Program-made: the position numbers and the translations under genes
Shown: in pieces, positions 1 to 14,113 of the stretch
Layout: each line of letters opens with the position of its first letter
Position numbering within the stretch: position 1 is the stretch's first letter
Notes under the pieces: model-generated
Databases searched by the model: none
What the model was told of the DNA's origin: nothing
Seen by the model: the letters and a program-made list of their open reading frames with translations, nothing else
Assembly (NCBI GenBank): GCA_951406725.2
Contig: OX597817.1
Span: 6,324,001-6,388,000, forward strand
DNA from: Octopus vulgaris
Lineage: Eukaryota
Direction: 5' to 3'
DNA: 64,000 nucleotides

Positions 1-248
1 CGATGAGTCTACGATTTAAAAAAAGATTTACCACCATTTTTTTTCCATTTTAATGCATTTTTTCGCTATTATATAAGGGAAGTAACTCTCTAAAAATGTC
101 TACGATGAGTCAACGATTTAAAAAAATTACCATCATTTGTTTTCCATTTTTAATGCATTTCTTTGCTATTTTTTGTCTATAACTCTCTAAAAATGCTTAT
201 ATAGTTATTTCCCTTACAAACCCGAGCAACGCCGGGCGATACTGCTAG
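1..248 (+). mobile_element. Helitron-like element 3' end with ~100-bp internal tandem repeat
   Basis: Subterminal hairpin cccgagcaacgccggg (221-236), then a CTAG terminus at 245-248 followed by T, which is the canonical Helitron 3' end. Bases 1-101 and 103-195 are imperfect tandem copies. Confidence 0.65.
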
Positions 249-774
249 TTGATATTAAATGTTTCCATTCACATTAACTTTAGTAAGGAGAATTTGTAAA
301 GCACTATGAATATTTGTCACATAAAATAAAAACTTATTAAAACTACATATTTTGTGTTTGGATGTTTGTGCGTGAGTTTGTATAAATTTTTAATATTCCC
401 GCTTGTTCTCTAATGCAACGTCTTAATATTCCCATATATTTTCCCTGGTATTTTCAAGTAAAGGATGTAACGATATTACTCGACATTTTTAGTATAAAGT
501 TTGCACGAAGATTTAGTGTTTGCAAAGTTAAGAATAACATCAAAAATACACTAAAAATAAATAAAGATGAGTATAAAATAAACAAAAATATTTAGCAGCA
601 ACTGTTTTAATCTCAATAGATAAAAATGTGTCAGTAACAGATCTAAAAGCACTATGTATAATATCTACGTGCAGAAACATTGACAAAATTAAGATTGAGA
701 TCACTATCATATATTGATGGCAGTTTTCACTAAAGTACATACATCCTTTCTTTTTAATATGTGCCATAAGTGGG

Positions 775-818
<44 letters not shown>

Positions 819-2798
819 TTTTACCATAATTCTGGTGTAAGCTGTAAAATGTGGACAATAGTTTCAGAATGATACCAGTTCAAATATGTTCCAGATATAT
901 CTAAACATGTTAAAGGCTTTTCAATACTGTTTCTCGTGGAGAAAAGAACAATTCTTACTTCAGGGAAAACGTTACTCGAACACCTTAACCAGCTCAGAGT
1001 ACCCTGTATTGGCCTGATTGATGCATTTCAAACTCGTTTGTTCTCAGTATCAGCTATCAAAGAAGGCAACTCTGAATTCATTATCTCTTGTCTAGTAGCG
1101 GGAATTTTTTTCCATGGCCGTCATTCATAGAACGTCTATCTCACATCAGCTGCGAGACACATTTCCTCTTACACTTTATATTCTCAAAGGTTCAGACAAC
1201 TAGTGCATTTCTTGAGAGTCCACCCAATCATATATCGACTTCGCGTTAGAGGTAACCAAGGTCTCATGTTGTAGCCAAACATTCACTTTGCCCTATCCAT
1301 GCAATATTTGACATATGCAATATTTTACTCCGTACATTGGGAGGCTTTAAACCAATAACATTACCCGGTAGAGTCTTTTCGCTTTTCCTCTTAATCGTAT
1401 TTTTTATTTCAAGCTCAGATACATATGTCTAATGATAACCTACAATAGGTAGCGTAGAATCGTCTAGCTGACATTTGACGGCATAAATTATTACCTGTAA
1501 ATTTAATAATGCGCAAATAAATTTCCTGCTTTTCCGCGCTTGCTCAATGCCTGCAAGCAAAAAGAGGGCTTCTCATTATATAGCGCTGCCATTAGCTGTT
1601 CTTCAGCTAAATGGATTGTATCTAGTGTTCATATATTGCAGCAAATTTAAGAAAAGATCGATTCTACATTTGATTCAGTCACTGCTACCAAATAGGTAGG
1701 AATTATATTCGTTTATTCCATCCTAGCAGGTTCTTCTCGTGTGCATGTTCCCTCTCTTAGTGTTCATCTGCAAAGCAGGGATTTGGTCGTTGTTGCAAGT
1801 GCTGCCACTGGTGCTGTTGATAGTGTTATTTCGATGGAGACAGCAGAGTTTATTTCCTCACTCTGGAAGGGGAATCCGAGAAGTAAAACTTTCTGTCCTA
1901 TATTTCCGTTAATTGACATCTGAACATCTACACATCCGTTCCCAATGCAAAACACCTACCATTCGGTTTATCTATATTTTCGGAGATCTACTCCAGCTAT
2001 TACTGTAATATCCAAACAGGGAGCCTAAAACACAGCGTAGATCAGTAACTCATAGCAGAAAGTTTTGCACCGAATCTCTATTCTTCTTCTGACATACCTG
2101 TTAACAAATTATTAGATATTCATGTCGGCAAGTACATCTTTTACAGCAACTGTTTCTATGTTTCCATTTGTATGAGAATGACAATGATTTCGTCATTTCA
2201 GATTGGAGCATTTTAGTTCGTCTTCACTTCGGCTTTGTACGGAATATTGTCACAAGTTTATGAGCTGGTTACTCAAATACTTCTGGTATTGATGGAGAGT
2301 CATTGTTCTGAACTCACGTGCACCTAGTGGGGAGGACGATATGAGTCCTAGTGATTGGACTATATCTAGTGGCACTAGTGGCACTAGAGTCAACGCTAAT
2401 TGTCCTATTGTTTCTCCCTTCTTTATTGACGATACTTTTTTTTTTTAATGTTTTTCGGAACAACCCCTTCAAAGTATACCTGTGTTTGAAGGTGTTTTAG
2501 CTGTATTAATTTTGAAATTTCCCTCTATGCAACAGATTACAAGATATCACTCCTTTTCAAAATGGTAATGTGTCATTTGGAGGAATTATACTTGCAATTT
2601 CTAAGTAGGTATATAGATGGCATTTTTCAGCGGAAGTGGCAGATGTGTGTGTGTGAGTGGACGTGTGTGTGCATTTGTGTGTGAATGCGTATTTGTATGT
2701 GTTTCAGAGAGAGAGAGAGTGAGAGAGAGAGAGAAAGAGAGAGAGAGTATGTGTGTGCATGTGCACGTGTGTGCGTGCACGTGTGTGCGCGCAAGTGC

Positions 2799-2848
<50 letters not shown>

Positions 2849-4229
2849 TGCATCAATAGCCCTGAAACCGCTCATCTTGCAATATCCATATAAAATCTTC
2901 CACCGGTTCCGGAGGGTTAAGCAACTCATTTTGAGATGCATCACCTTATAGCAATTCTTTGAAAGCACATCAGGCATTTCAAATAAATAAATACCCAAAA
3001 TATAGTTCCTTTATATCATGTAGCAAATGGCTTAACTTTGATGACTTTGGAACTAATCAACCATACTGCTTTTTTTTTCCTGACCACCTCTTAATACTAT
3101 AGATGCTGATATAAGCAGTAATACTCGCGATCATATTAACTCCAATAATACATGAATTCCAGCATTACAGTATTTATGATTATCTGATTAAATACGCAAT
3201 TAAGCACCTGTTCAAATATATCTGCTTATTCCTTTTTTATTCTCTAAGCCCTCGTCTAATTATTAGGATATATAAAAGATCTTCGAAAGTGAAAGTTAGA
3301 TGGACTGGAAGTAGTCAAACAATTTCGACTATTATTTCAAAAGAATTCTCAATCTGCCTATGAATTTACATTTTTCAGCAAAGGCTCGACGAATGTGTAT
3401 CAGTTTCTGCACCAGCGGAAAGAAAAAGTACCTGCCAGCCGAGAAAATGTATGGATATATTCTAAGAACAGTCAAGTACTAGACATATTCTTAGAACAGT
3501 CAACACTAGAAACTGATCATGCTAAGAATAAATCCACATACATTAGGCTAAAACAATGTGCAGGATCTGAGGAATGATAGAAAACATTAACTCTTGACTG
3601 ACGTCTCACCAGGGATGAAAATGATTACAAGAATGGAGCCCTAATTTTATTAAATATATTTCCCTTCAAATCGTATTGACAATATACGAGGGCGGAATGA
3701 TTGATGATATTACTTTGATTGTTTCCATTTATTTATCTTTATTTGATGTTGTCTGCATTATATCTACATCATATTAATGTTTTGCTTCCAAGCAATGTTG
3801 TTATGGAAGATGCAAGAAGCTAATGCCATTATAACTTATGTTTAATTAGGAAACTGTTTTTTTTTTTCTCATTGTTTTTTCCGGAAAAACTCAACAAGGA
3901 AATTGGAAGTTAGGTTTGAGTAGGCGTAAATTTTATTTATTTCTTATAAGTGCATCAGCTCGCACAGCGAAAAGAACTGAAGTGAAAACTGATGAACTCA
4001 GAGGAAGAGGCATCAAACGCTAGACGCAATCACAAATATAGTGTTTGAATTCTTAGTACATACTGTGAATACCAACTACAGATATCAGTTCTAATTATCC
4101 GTCCATGCGTATATATGCTCTCAGACACGCGCGTGCAAACACATGGACCCATACAAACACACACTCACGTGTGCGAGCACAGGCTCGTATAATTCTCTCT
4201 CTCTCTCTCTCTGTGTCCCTTTGTGTGTG

Positions 4230-4266
<37 letters not shown>

Positions 4267-4351
4267 GTATGTATATATGTATATATATATATATGTATGT
4301 ATATATGTATACATATATATATATACATTTATATACATATATATATATATA

Positions 4352-4473
4352 TTTCCACACGAAAGCACGTGATTTCCGCCCTTGGCATGTAGCTTCAACC
4401 GTGCTTTCTGATGTAAATTTGCTACCCGGGTATCGGTTAACCGAATTATCCATACTAGGATAATTCATTCAAC
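4352..4473 (+). mobile_element. ~120-bp (TA)n-embedded insert, reverse complement of 12112-12245
   Basis: Flanked by (TA)n on both sides. ttcaaccgtgctttctgatgtaaatttgctacccgggtatcggttaaccgaattatcc matches the reverse complement of 12112-12245. Terminal 9-bp hairpin gaattatcc/ggataattc at 4443-4466. Confidence 0.65.
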
Positions 4474-4479
4474 TACATA

Positions 4480-4553
<74 letters not shown>

Positions 4554-5467
4554 AATACATATATATATATATATATAATAATTGTGGGAAAAACGTTGTT
4601 CCAGTTATAAAATAGAAATAATTTCGAACTTTATGCTGTTGCTCATCAGCTTTCTCAATGCTTAATTCTAGCTAATTTGAAATATCTATTCCGGGTTAAA
4701 CACATCATGCGTGACCATCCAACATCTTGTTATGAAGTCTTGAATATAAATGTATTTAAACAGTGTGTTTTGTAGTACTTATGTTTCTCTAAATTTCAGA
4801 TTTAATATATTATAAATGGTACAGTATCAGTTTCGCAAAGCGAACCTACAACAATATACACTATATGTATTTTGGAAAGGAAAGTTGGGAAGACAGCATG
4901 AAGTTCAACAAATTAATATACTGTTTATGGATCAGTGGGGAAAATAAAATCATATGCAAACTGATATCATAATCATAGGGAAGAGTAAGAAAATGACGAT
5001 ATAGTTTCATTAGCGGTGAGAGACGAGAAGATATCTCGAAAGATAATGTCAAAACCTTTTCAATTACTTATCAGCAAGTATTTCACACATCTGTAAAAGC
5101 AATAGAAGTTAAAGAAATTGAATGTCATTACGCTAGAATTTGGACACCTGAATATCATTACATCAGAATTACACTGAGAAAATTACACAACACAGTTCTG
5201 GAGTCATAAGACGAAAATAAGTGAATTGCTCCGAAAAAATAAACTTCTAACACTAATATTCAGAAATGTGCTATATGTTTCCTTGATACGTAATCAGCTT
5301 GTGTCACTTCAACAGAATGCCAGAAACTGTTAAGGAATAAAATATATATTACAACTGTATAGGAAAGACAATCAATATGATCATTGTATGTGCTTAAAAC
5401 GTGACACTACTGTCCAACCGGAGTGGATATATAATATGACAGTATATGTTCACGCCTGGTATGATTA

Positions 5468-5650
<183 letters not shown>

Positions 5651-5654
<4 letters not shown>

Positions 5655-6468
5655 GAAAGAAGGTTTGAAAATGCAATTTTAAAAGATGTTTATTTACTTT
5701 ACTGGTTTCACTCTTTGGAAAAAGATTGTCAAAAGTAACATGTAGAAGTTTGGTTGCGTTAATTATTGTTTGTTGCAAATTGCTACATTACATATATACA
5801 GTCTTTGGTAACAAGGACATGTTAAGGACATGGTGGACAGGTTAGTTCTAGCTTCCCTACTATTATAATGTAAACCTTTTTGAACTCATAATATTCTGTG
5901 CGTGTATAACAATATTTGACTGAACTTTTCACTAATTCCTTCTGGAAATTATCTTGAGAATATATAACATATTTGTTGTAATCTTTTGTGTCCAATATTT
6001 CAATGAACTTGTTAAACTTTTTTATGTTCTCAACATGCTCTTGTCACCAAAGAATGCATATATATGTATTGTAGTACTCTGTGTCAACCAATATTCTGTG
6101 CGTGTTTGAATATACAGATACAATACCAATATCCCACTGAACTTTTTAATAATTCCTTCTGGAAACTATCTTAAACATGTTCTTGAGAATGATTATTTAT
6201 GTAGTAATCTTTTGTGCCCAATATTTTAAGGAACTTGTTAAACTTTTTTATGTCCTTAACATGTCCTTGTTACCAAAGACTGTATATATGTAATGTAGCA
6301 ATTTGCAACAACCAATAATCAACGCAACCAAACTTCTACATGTTACTTTTGACAATCTTTTTCCAAAGAGTGAAACCGGTAAAGTAAATAAACATCTTTT
6401 AAATTGCATTTTCAAACCTTCTTTCGTATATAATTCCACTCGTGGCGGTACCCTACAACTCCACTTTG

Positions 6469-6470
<2 letters not shown>
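5651..6470 (+). mobile_element. Penelope-like non-autonomous element with inverted arms (5651-5831 / 6250-6430) and ~40-nt 3' tail, in (TA)n
   Basis: ~180-bp inverted arms. Internal ~200-bp direct repeat (5890-6075 / 6090-6298). The tail 6433-6470 is on one arm only. Hammerhead-like motif in each arm. Confidence 0.7.
6343..6387 (+). ncRNA. hammerhead ribozyme-like motif, U3-A8 variant, imperfect stem II (mirror copy 5694-5738 -)
   Basis: ttactt-TTGACAA-tctttttccaaagagt-GAAA-ccgg-TA-aagtaa: 6-bp stem I, palindromic stem III, GUA site. Confidence 0.55.
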
Positions 6471-6530
<60 letters not shown>

Positions 6531-6531
<1 letters not shown>

Positions 6532-6670
6532 TAGCTTACTTGCCAACTACATGGTTCCGGTTCAAGTCCCACTGCGTGACAACTTAGGCAAGAGTTTCCT
6601 ACTACTGCCTCGGGCCGACCAAACCTTCCGAGCAGATTTTGTAGACAGAAACTGAAAGAAGCCCGTCGTA
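6531..6670 (+). mobile_element. tRNA-derived SINE family A, partial
   Basis: Diverged match to the 5' half of 7156-7612. Confidence 0.8.
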
Positions 6671-7155
6671 CATACATACATAGAAATACTATATTTTTCG
6701 TAAAATGTGCAACACAAATTGACGCACATTTTCCAAATGCAAACTATTAGCGGAAAATAAATAGTTGTAAGAAATTTCAAAGATTCTCCATACGAGATTC
6801 TTTAGAGTGTGTGCATCAACACCTCATCCAACACACCAGCTCAGCCACATATTTACAAACACTGGGGACTCTTAACTAAAATGTGTTAGCCTTTTGATAG
6901 CAACCGCCTTGAACTCTCTTAAGAATTAAAAAAAAACTCATGGAAACAATTTACATCCATGTATGTTTCCAAGACAACAAATGTTTATAACTTATTGCAG
7001 CAAAGTAGATACAAATAGTGGAATAAACTTAATACTTTAATAAGAAAAGTTGATGCTTAAACACATTCAGGTTTTTAAAATGTGTCAAGAGACCCAAGAG
7101 TGTGGCATATTTCTGAGTTTCAATAAATTCATTACGAATTGTGTGAGCAATGTAC

Positions 7156-7321
7156 AGGCGCAGGAGTGGCTGTGTGGTAAGTAGCTCGCTTACCAATCAC
7201 ATGGTTCCTGGTTCAGTCCCACTGCGTGGCATCTTGTGCAAGTGTCTTCTGCTATAGCCTCGGGCCGACCAATGCCTTGTGAGTGGATTTGGTAGACGGA
7301 AACTGAAAGAAGCCTGTCGTA

Positions 7322-7394
<73 letters not shown>

Positions 7395-7612
7395 GTGTGT
7401 GTGTATATTTGTGTGTCTGTGTTTGTCTCCCTAGCATTGCTTGACAACTGATGTTGGTGTGTTTACGTCTCCGTCACTTAGCGGTTCGGCAAAAGGGACC
7501 GATAGAATAAGTACTGGGCTTACAAAGAATAAGTCCCGGGGTCGATTTGATCGACTAAAGGCGGTGCTCCAGCATGGCTGCAGTCAAATGACTGAAACAA
7601 GTAAAAGAGTAA
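7156..7612 (+). mobile_element. tRNA-derived SINE family A, full length with central (TA)n/(TG)n
   Basis: A-box TGGCTGTGTGG, B-box GGTTCAGTCCC, CORE-like catcttgtgcaagtgtc, tail gactgaaacaagtaaaagag. Near-identical copies at 15491 and 62962. Confidence 0.9.
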
Positions 7613-8511
7613 GTTAAACCCGCTAAGACGTTCAAACTATCTAGATTTTATATTACCATTTAAAAAAAAATAATTATGCTATTCAACTATTTCCTGTTGC
7701 GTTAAGCCTGTGCTATTTTCTTACGAATAACATACTAAGCACAAGTAGCACTTACTAATCAATAAATAACTCAAAACTACTATTGATACAATCCCCAGTC
7801 CACATCACTGTAAACGGAATCAAACTTGGGGAACTTTGTCTCAGCCTCGGAAACGATATTATTTCGTCTGTTGCAGGGAACGGACGAATGAGTATCCTAC
7901 TCTCTTCTTGACTATGAATTTTTTTATGTAAATAAATTTTCAAGCGCTGCATTCATAAAAGATAACATATTTCACAAATATGATGATTGTACCAGCGTGT
8001 GTTTACCATAGAATAACTATATCTTCATGAATTATTAAATAAATATGATGAGAAAAGAAAATATAATTAGATATAAATTTACATTTCCCACAAACTAATC
8101 AATGTAATGTGGAAGGTAGAGCATTTAGAATTAGTATGAATTGAAATTAAATCTATCATACTTGAAGAAAGTATCGAGCAAGCTTTCGTGAATACAGTAC
8201 ATATAAATAAACGGATTATATATCATGCAATCGCAGTATATTGGAAATACCAATCTAACGATGATTATTTCTAGGTTCTGCAGACGCCACACATTTTTGT
8301 GGCATAGTGCATTTAATCGATGTAATCGATTCGTCGACACTTACAGGTTCTTATTTTATCGATGTTTATGTAATAATTGCAAAAATGGCCGCAATGCAAT
8401 TTAAAGTGTTAAAGAATATAACCAAATGGTGCAACTGATTTTTCCGGGATTTTACTGAACGCAAAACAGTAGCGGATTAGAATACAGTTAAGGAAATATA
8501 AATCATAATGT

Positions 8512-8667
8512 GACTGGTTCATAATTTTATCGATCCTGAGAAAAAAAATATAAAAAAATTAAACGTCAGAATCGATTCGCAGGATTTTCGAAATGTTAAT
8601 GTGAGGGACGCATTTAAATACGTCGAGGTATTTTATCTGATGTTTTATCGATTCTGCCAGTTCACTC
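8512..8667 (-). mobile_element. degenerate SINE family B
   Basis: Weak similarity to 21036-21269 (actggt..attttatcga.cc; attctgccagttcac). Confidence 0.45.
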
Positions 8668-9288
8668 ATCCCGATTTTTGCCATAATAATGAATACTGCC
8701 AGTCAGAAAGCTGCACACTATAGACGGAGTCCTCAACAGTCGATTCAATAGATTCTCAATAACGGATGTAGCTTATTATAAGGATTCGGGAAATGAAAGA
8801 CAAAGTCGAACATTGCGAAATCTTACAAGTCATGTATCACTGATTCTATGATAATACTAAGATGAAATATGGTAATATTAATCACCAGTATATATATATT
8901 ATACTGTATCCTTCAGGCATGTTTTCACCTCTTTTGTAAACATTGACTTAGTGCTACACCAATGACTTATATGGGTGTATGGAATTAATGGAAGATGTAC
9001 ATATAAGAAATTATATCTCCCTAAAAGTTCGCAAGTTACCAGAGAATACCCCCAATTTCCTTAACGACATTTGTCTATTTCTGTGGCAATTCCTGGTTCT
9101 GAAATTTAAAACATTCTTGACATGTAATTTCCTGGTAAACATTAGGCTCAACGTATTCTTTGTATGCCATTTCCGGCGCAAGACACATCGAATCTTCTGT
9201 ACATGCTTTATTTGGCGCCGATATATTATAAAACTACAACTTATAGACCCGCAAGTATATTACGCATGTATGTATGTATGTATGTATG

Positions 9289-9319
<31 letters not shown>

Positions 9320-10001
9320 GTAAGTATGTACGATGTGTTATGTATGTGTGTAAACATCACTAAACAATCAATCACACCCCACACACATATAAATATGCGC
9401 TTATGTATATATTACATTTTAAATAATTTTAGATATCATTTTATCAGAACGACATATTTTTATTACAGTTAGTGTATATAATGTAGTTATGAAGATCAGT
9501 GTATACTGCATGCTATTCTCTTGTTTATATAACCAGCAGGTTGATAGAAATACTAATTATATATGGCCACATGGAATTTTCCATAATTTCTGTATAGTAT
9601 ATTGTCATAACAGACATTGAAGGTAAATATTCTTGTCATAAAATATTTGATGGAATATTGCATTCTGTCTGGAAGCTATAGACTGGAAATAAGGAAAGAA
9701 GTTTAGAGGTGGTCTTTTGATCTTACGTTGTAATGAATTTTCCTTATGCGATAGAAGTTTTGGGAGCCAATGACCATAACACCGAACAACCCTGCTTATA
9801 AAAGCAGCGTATATTACCACTGAGGATATTTTCTTTAAGTATTAGTTAAGCACAAAGGTCAGGGTGGAAGCTCAGTATTTAAAATAAAAACCAATGATTG
9901 AAATACGAAAGCAGAAAAGGTTGTAGCTTATAAAATTAAACACACCCCTGGAGAAACTATGCTATATATAGTACTATACTATGAATGTATGAATATTTAT
10001 A

Positions 10002-10054
<53 letters not shown>

Positions 10055-10474
10055 TGTGTGTGTTTGTGACTGTATGCATGAGTACGGATGCGTATACTTA
10101 CATATGTGTGTGCGTCTGTGTGTGTATCTGTGCAAAAGATATATATAATATTGTAAACGTAATGAACGTAAAACAAGAAAATGTCGACGCAGGAGTCACA
10201 TGATTTAACGAATATTGTAATAGCCTCACTCTTAAAACGATAGAAAAATAGTCTTAATGTTTAGGAAATCAGCCTTACATCAACAGATAGACATAGGAGG
10301 AGAATGATAGAGAAAAAGTGTTTGGAAGCAGAAAAAATAAACAGTAAGAGTTTAGAAATCCGATGAAAATATGCTTCTTTGAGATATTTAGAAGAGAAGA
10401 GAGTGGATGTCTATGGAATTACAGGACTCTATACGTGTTTAGAGATACACACGTGACGAATGTCACGTTCATTT

Positions 10475-10517
10475 ATTCTTTTACTTGTTTCTATCATTTG
10501 ACTGCGGCCATGCTGGA
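10475..10517 (-). mobile_element. SINE family A 3' tail fragment
   Basis: ttttacttgtttctatcatttgactgcggccatgctgga matches the family A tail. Confidence 0.7.
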
Positions 10518-11264
10518 AGGGACATATAGCTGAAAAGTGGTGAATGGGCTGTTTGTGTGTGTGTATATAATCGTGTTGTATGTTTGCAAGGTTAAAAGTG
10601 AATTAAAAGAAAAGGCATGAGGTATGCGGAGGATGTCATCGAAGTGTGTGCAGGGATATATGCTTAATATGCTGTTACAAACAAAAGAAACGAATAGGTA
10701 AAAGAATGTAAACCTCACTTTGAGGAGGAAAAGAGAAAAACTAAAAAACATAAATGAAATAACAATGGGAGTTCAGTGAGAGAAAATTAGAAGAGATACT
10801 GAGAATGAAAAGGAAAATGCGAAAGAGGTTTATATATAATTCGACGAGCGCGCGCACACAAACATACACGCATAAACACACACAAGAAGTCACACATAGA
10901 CGCGCGAACACACACATACACACACACTGAAAAATATGCACATATGTACGGTTGTATGATAAATTATGATTTATGTGAAGTAGCATATTAAAACACTCAA
11001 TATTTAGACTGAAGAATAACGCAATATATATTTAGAGGAGGATAATGCAAATTTATTTTAACAAGGAAAACATTTAGAGTGAGTTGAATGCGTCGTCGTG
11101 CATTCAGTTCTCGAAATGAGGACAAGCAGCCAACACTTTATTTTTTTAAAGCCTTGTAGTTATTCTATCGGTTTCATTTGCCGAACTGCTAAGTTACAGA
11201 TTCGTAAACACACAAACATCGATTGCCGAGCGGTGATGGGACACACACACACACGCACACACAT

Positions 11265-11317
<53 letters not shown>

Positions 11318-11343
11318 TATATATATGTATACATATATATAGA

Positions 11344-11403
<60 letters not shown>

Positions 11404-11552
11404 TATATATATATAGATATTATATTAAATTAGAGATAAAACCACTATTAGGCAAATCATACAATGAAAAACTCAAGCCAATACATAAGATTAATTAATT
11501 TATATTGTTTTAAATATATATCAAAATTATTAAAAAAAGATAATTAGTATAA

Positions 11553-11615
11553 CACTACGATCGTTTCATGGCTGTCCAATTCTTAAAATTTAGGGTTACA
11601 GTCATTCTTCAGGTG
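11553..11615 (-). ncRNA. minimal type-I hammerhead ribozyme, mirror copy
   Basis: Reverse complement of 11660-11721. Confidence 0.8.
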
Positions 11616-11659
11616 ATTTAAATATTTAACTTATCGAGCGATAAGTTAAATATTTAAAT

Positions 11660-11721
11660 CACCTGAAGAATGACTGTAACCTAAATTTTAAGAATTGGAC
11701 AGCCATGAAACGATCGTAGTG
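11660..11721 (+). ncRNA. minimal type-I hammerhead ribozyme, canonical core
   Basis: cac-CTGAAGA-atgactgt...acagccat-GAAA-cgatcg-TA^gtg. Predicted GUA cleavage after 11718. Confidence 0.8.
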
Positions 11722-11937
11722 TTATACTAATTATCTTTTTTTAATAATTTTGATATATATTTAAAATAATATAAATTAATTAATCTTATGTATTGGCTTG
11801 AGTTTTTCATTGTATGATTTGCCTAATAGTGGTTTTATCTCTAATTTAATATAATATAATATTTTACTATAAAATTGGATTCAATCCTAAATCTGATTTT
11901 TCCCTGTAAGTTTGGATTTATTCCCTAATATTTTATA

Positions 11938-12042
<105 letters not shown>

Positions 12043-12111
12043 TATAAGTTTAACCGTTAAAGGTATTTTTTAATATGCTGGCCACATTCGAAAATTTTGT
12101 ATATATATATA

Positions 12112-12525
12112 GGTGAATGAATTATCCTATGTTGATCGTCAGTATGGAAAATTCGTTGAACCGATACCAGGGTAGCAAATTTGCGTCAGAAACACGGTTG
12201 AAGTGACCTGTCCAAGGGTAGAAACTCCGGGTTTATTTGCAGAAATTTGTGTGTTATATATTAATAAATGAAAGAATGGAGTCGAACGAAGATGTTAACA
12301 AAATTCCTTTACTCTCGACATATGTTTCGAAGACCACATGGCTTCATTCCAAAGGAATAAAGGGTGTATGATGCAATCTTCTCATCAGGAAAGAAAGGGA
12401 GCCTCTCTCGGCAACAAGACAAACAAACATTTCGATGACTGCCTACAAGGTAAACAAAACGACAATATGTCGAGAGTAAAGGAATTTTGTTAACATCTTC
12501 GTTCGACTCCATTTTTTATTTATTC
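12112..12525 (-). mobile_element. Penelope-like mini-element with short inverted arm (12263-12323 / 12465-12525) and tail 12112-12262
   Basis: ~60-bp inverted arms, flanked by (TA)n. The tail is shared with the 4352-4473 insert. Confidence 0.7.
12313..12392 (-). ncRNA. type-I hammerhead ribozyme, canonical core
   Basis: Minus strand reads tttc-CTGATGA-gaaga...tcttc-GAAA-catatg-TC^gaga (GUC site, palindromic stem III). Confidence 0.8.
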
Positions 12526-12811
12526 ATATATATATATGTATATACATACATATACATATATATAAATATATATACGACGGTTTCTTTCATTTTCCACTCA
12601 CAAGGTTTGCTCAGCCCCAGACTATTGTAGAGGATATTTGCTCAAGGTGTCACGTCATGCAATGGGACTGAATCTGGAGCCATGTGGTTGAGAAGCCAAC
12701 ATTTTCTCAAACACACTCCCCGTCTTTGTCAATCTTTCCCCTGTAGAAAATGAGGAAAACATATATCGATATATTTATACGAAAACATATTTATATACTC
12801 TTTACGCGTTT

Positions 12812-13040
12812 TCTCTTTTACTTGTTTCAGTTATTTGACTGTGGCCATGCTGGGGCTCCGCCTTTCGTCGAGCACATCGATCCCAGGACTTATTCTTTGT
12901 AAGTCTAATACTTATGCTATCGGTCTCTTTTGCCGAACCGCTAAGTTATGGGGGCGTAAACACACCAGCATCGGTTATCAAGCGATGCTGGGGGACTAAC
13001 ACAGACACACAAACATACACACACACACATACACACACAC

Positions 13041-13113
<73 letters not shown>

Positions 13114-13170
13114 TATACGACGGGCTTCTTTGCGTTTCCGTCTACCAAATCCACTCAGAAGGCTATTGGC
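12812..13170 (-). mobile_element. SINE family A, 5'-truncated
   Basis: Reverse-complement match to the tail and central domain of 7156-7612. Confidence 0.85.
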
Positions 13171-13891
13171 TGTGTGTTTTAAGGAACAAACCGGAGTACA
13201 TATTCATTTAGCAGAGCTTATTTTTTTGTCTGAAAGTTTTATTTGTACCTTCCGAAAGAAAATCTCTGAGGAACAACTTATGTACCAATAGTTTAGAAGT
13301 AATGTTTTTGTCCCTTTTATTTGATGCATTTTTATGTGAACGCATCTTGTAATACAATGCAAAAGGGTTGGTTCCCATATTTTCCCTTTTGTAGTGATTG
13401 AGAATAATTTTTACATTTTAACTATCAAATACTTAGCTATAATAACGATGCACGCTATTCCATTATGTCACGTAAGATTATTTTAACAGCTTATATTTTA
13501 CCAGGAAGATATTTCAGTCGTTTGAGTTTTACCGTTATACTCTTGGGTGTTATAAATATTTTGCCAATGCATTGCTTATCTATCAATGAAACATAGCAAC
13601 GACACGGGTTATGTCGGAATGACGCTAAAGTCAAATGAAATATTTGGGAGTTGCCGTTATTAAATTTTCATCAACTCAATGCTCACCAGAAGTGAATTTC
13701 TAACATGCTTAGATGGCCTACTTTACATGTGGTATTCTTGCACTGCTTAGGTATGTCTTTTATTTTTTGGGACTCCAGAACATTAGTTAGAGCCCTGTTG
13801 TTCGGTTTTCTATTACTCTATTGCACTGAATGCTATCCCATTCTAAATATTCGTGTTCGCGAAATACAAACATGCACACACACACACACAT

Positions 13892-13937
<46 letters not shown>

Positions 13938-13940
13938 TTG

Positions 13941-13972
<32 letters not shown>

Positions 13973-13991
13973 TATGTATGTGTGTGTGTGT

Positions 13992-14113
<122 letters not shown>

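Noticed and set aside
3989-4025. CTGATGA hammerhead core
   Set aside because: No GAAA at the base of stem II and no stem I.
4610-4654. Minus-strand CTGATGA..GAAA next to (TA)n
   Set aside because: Stem II is bulged and stems I and III cannot be formed. At best a decayed copy.
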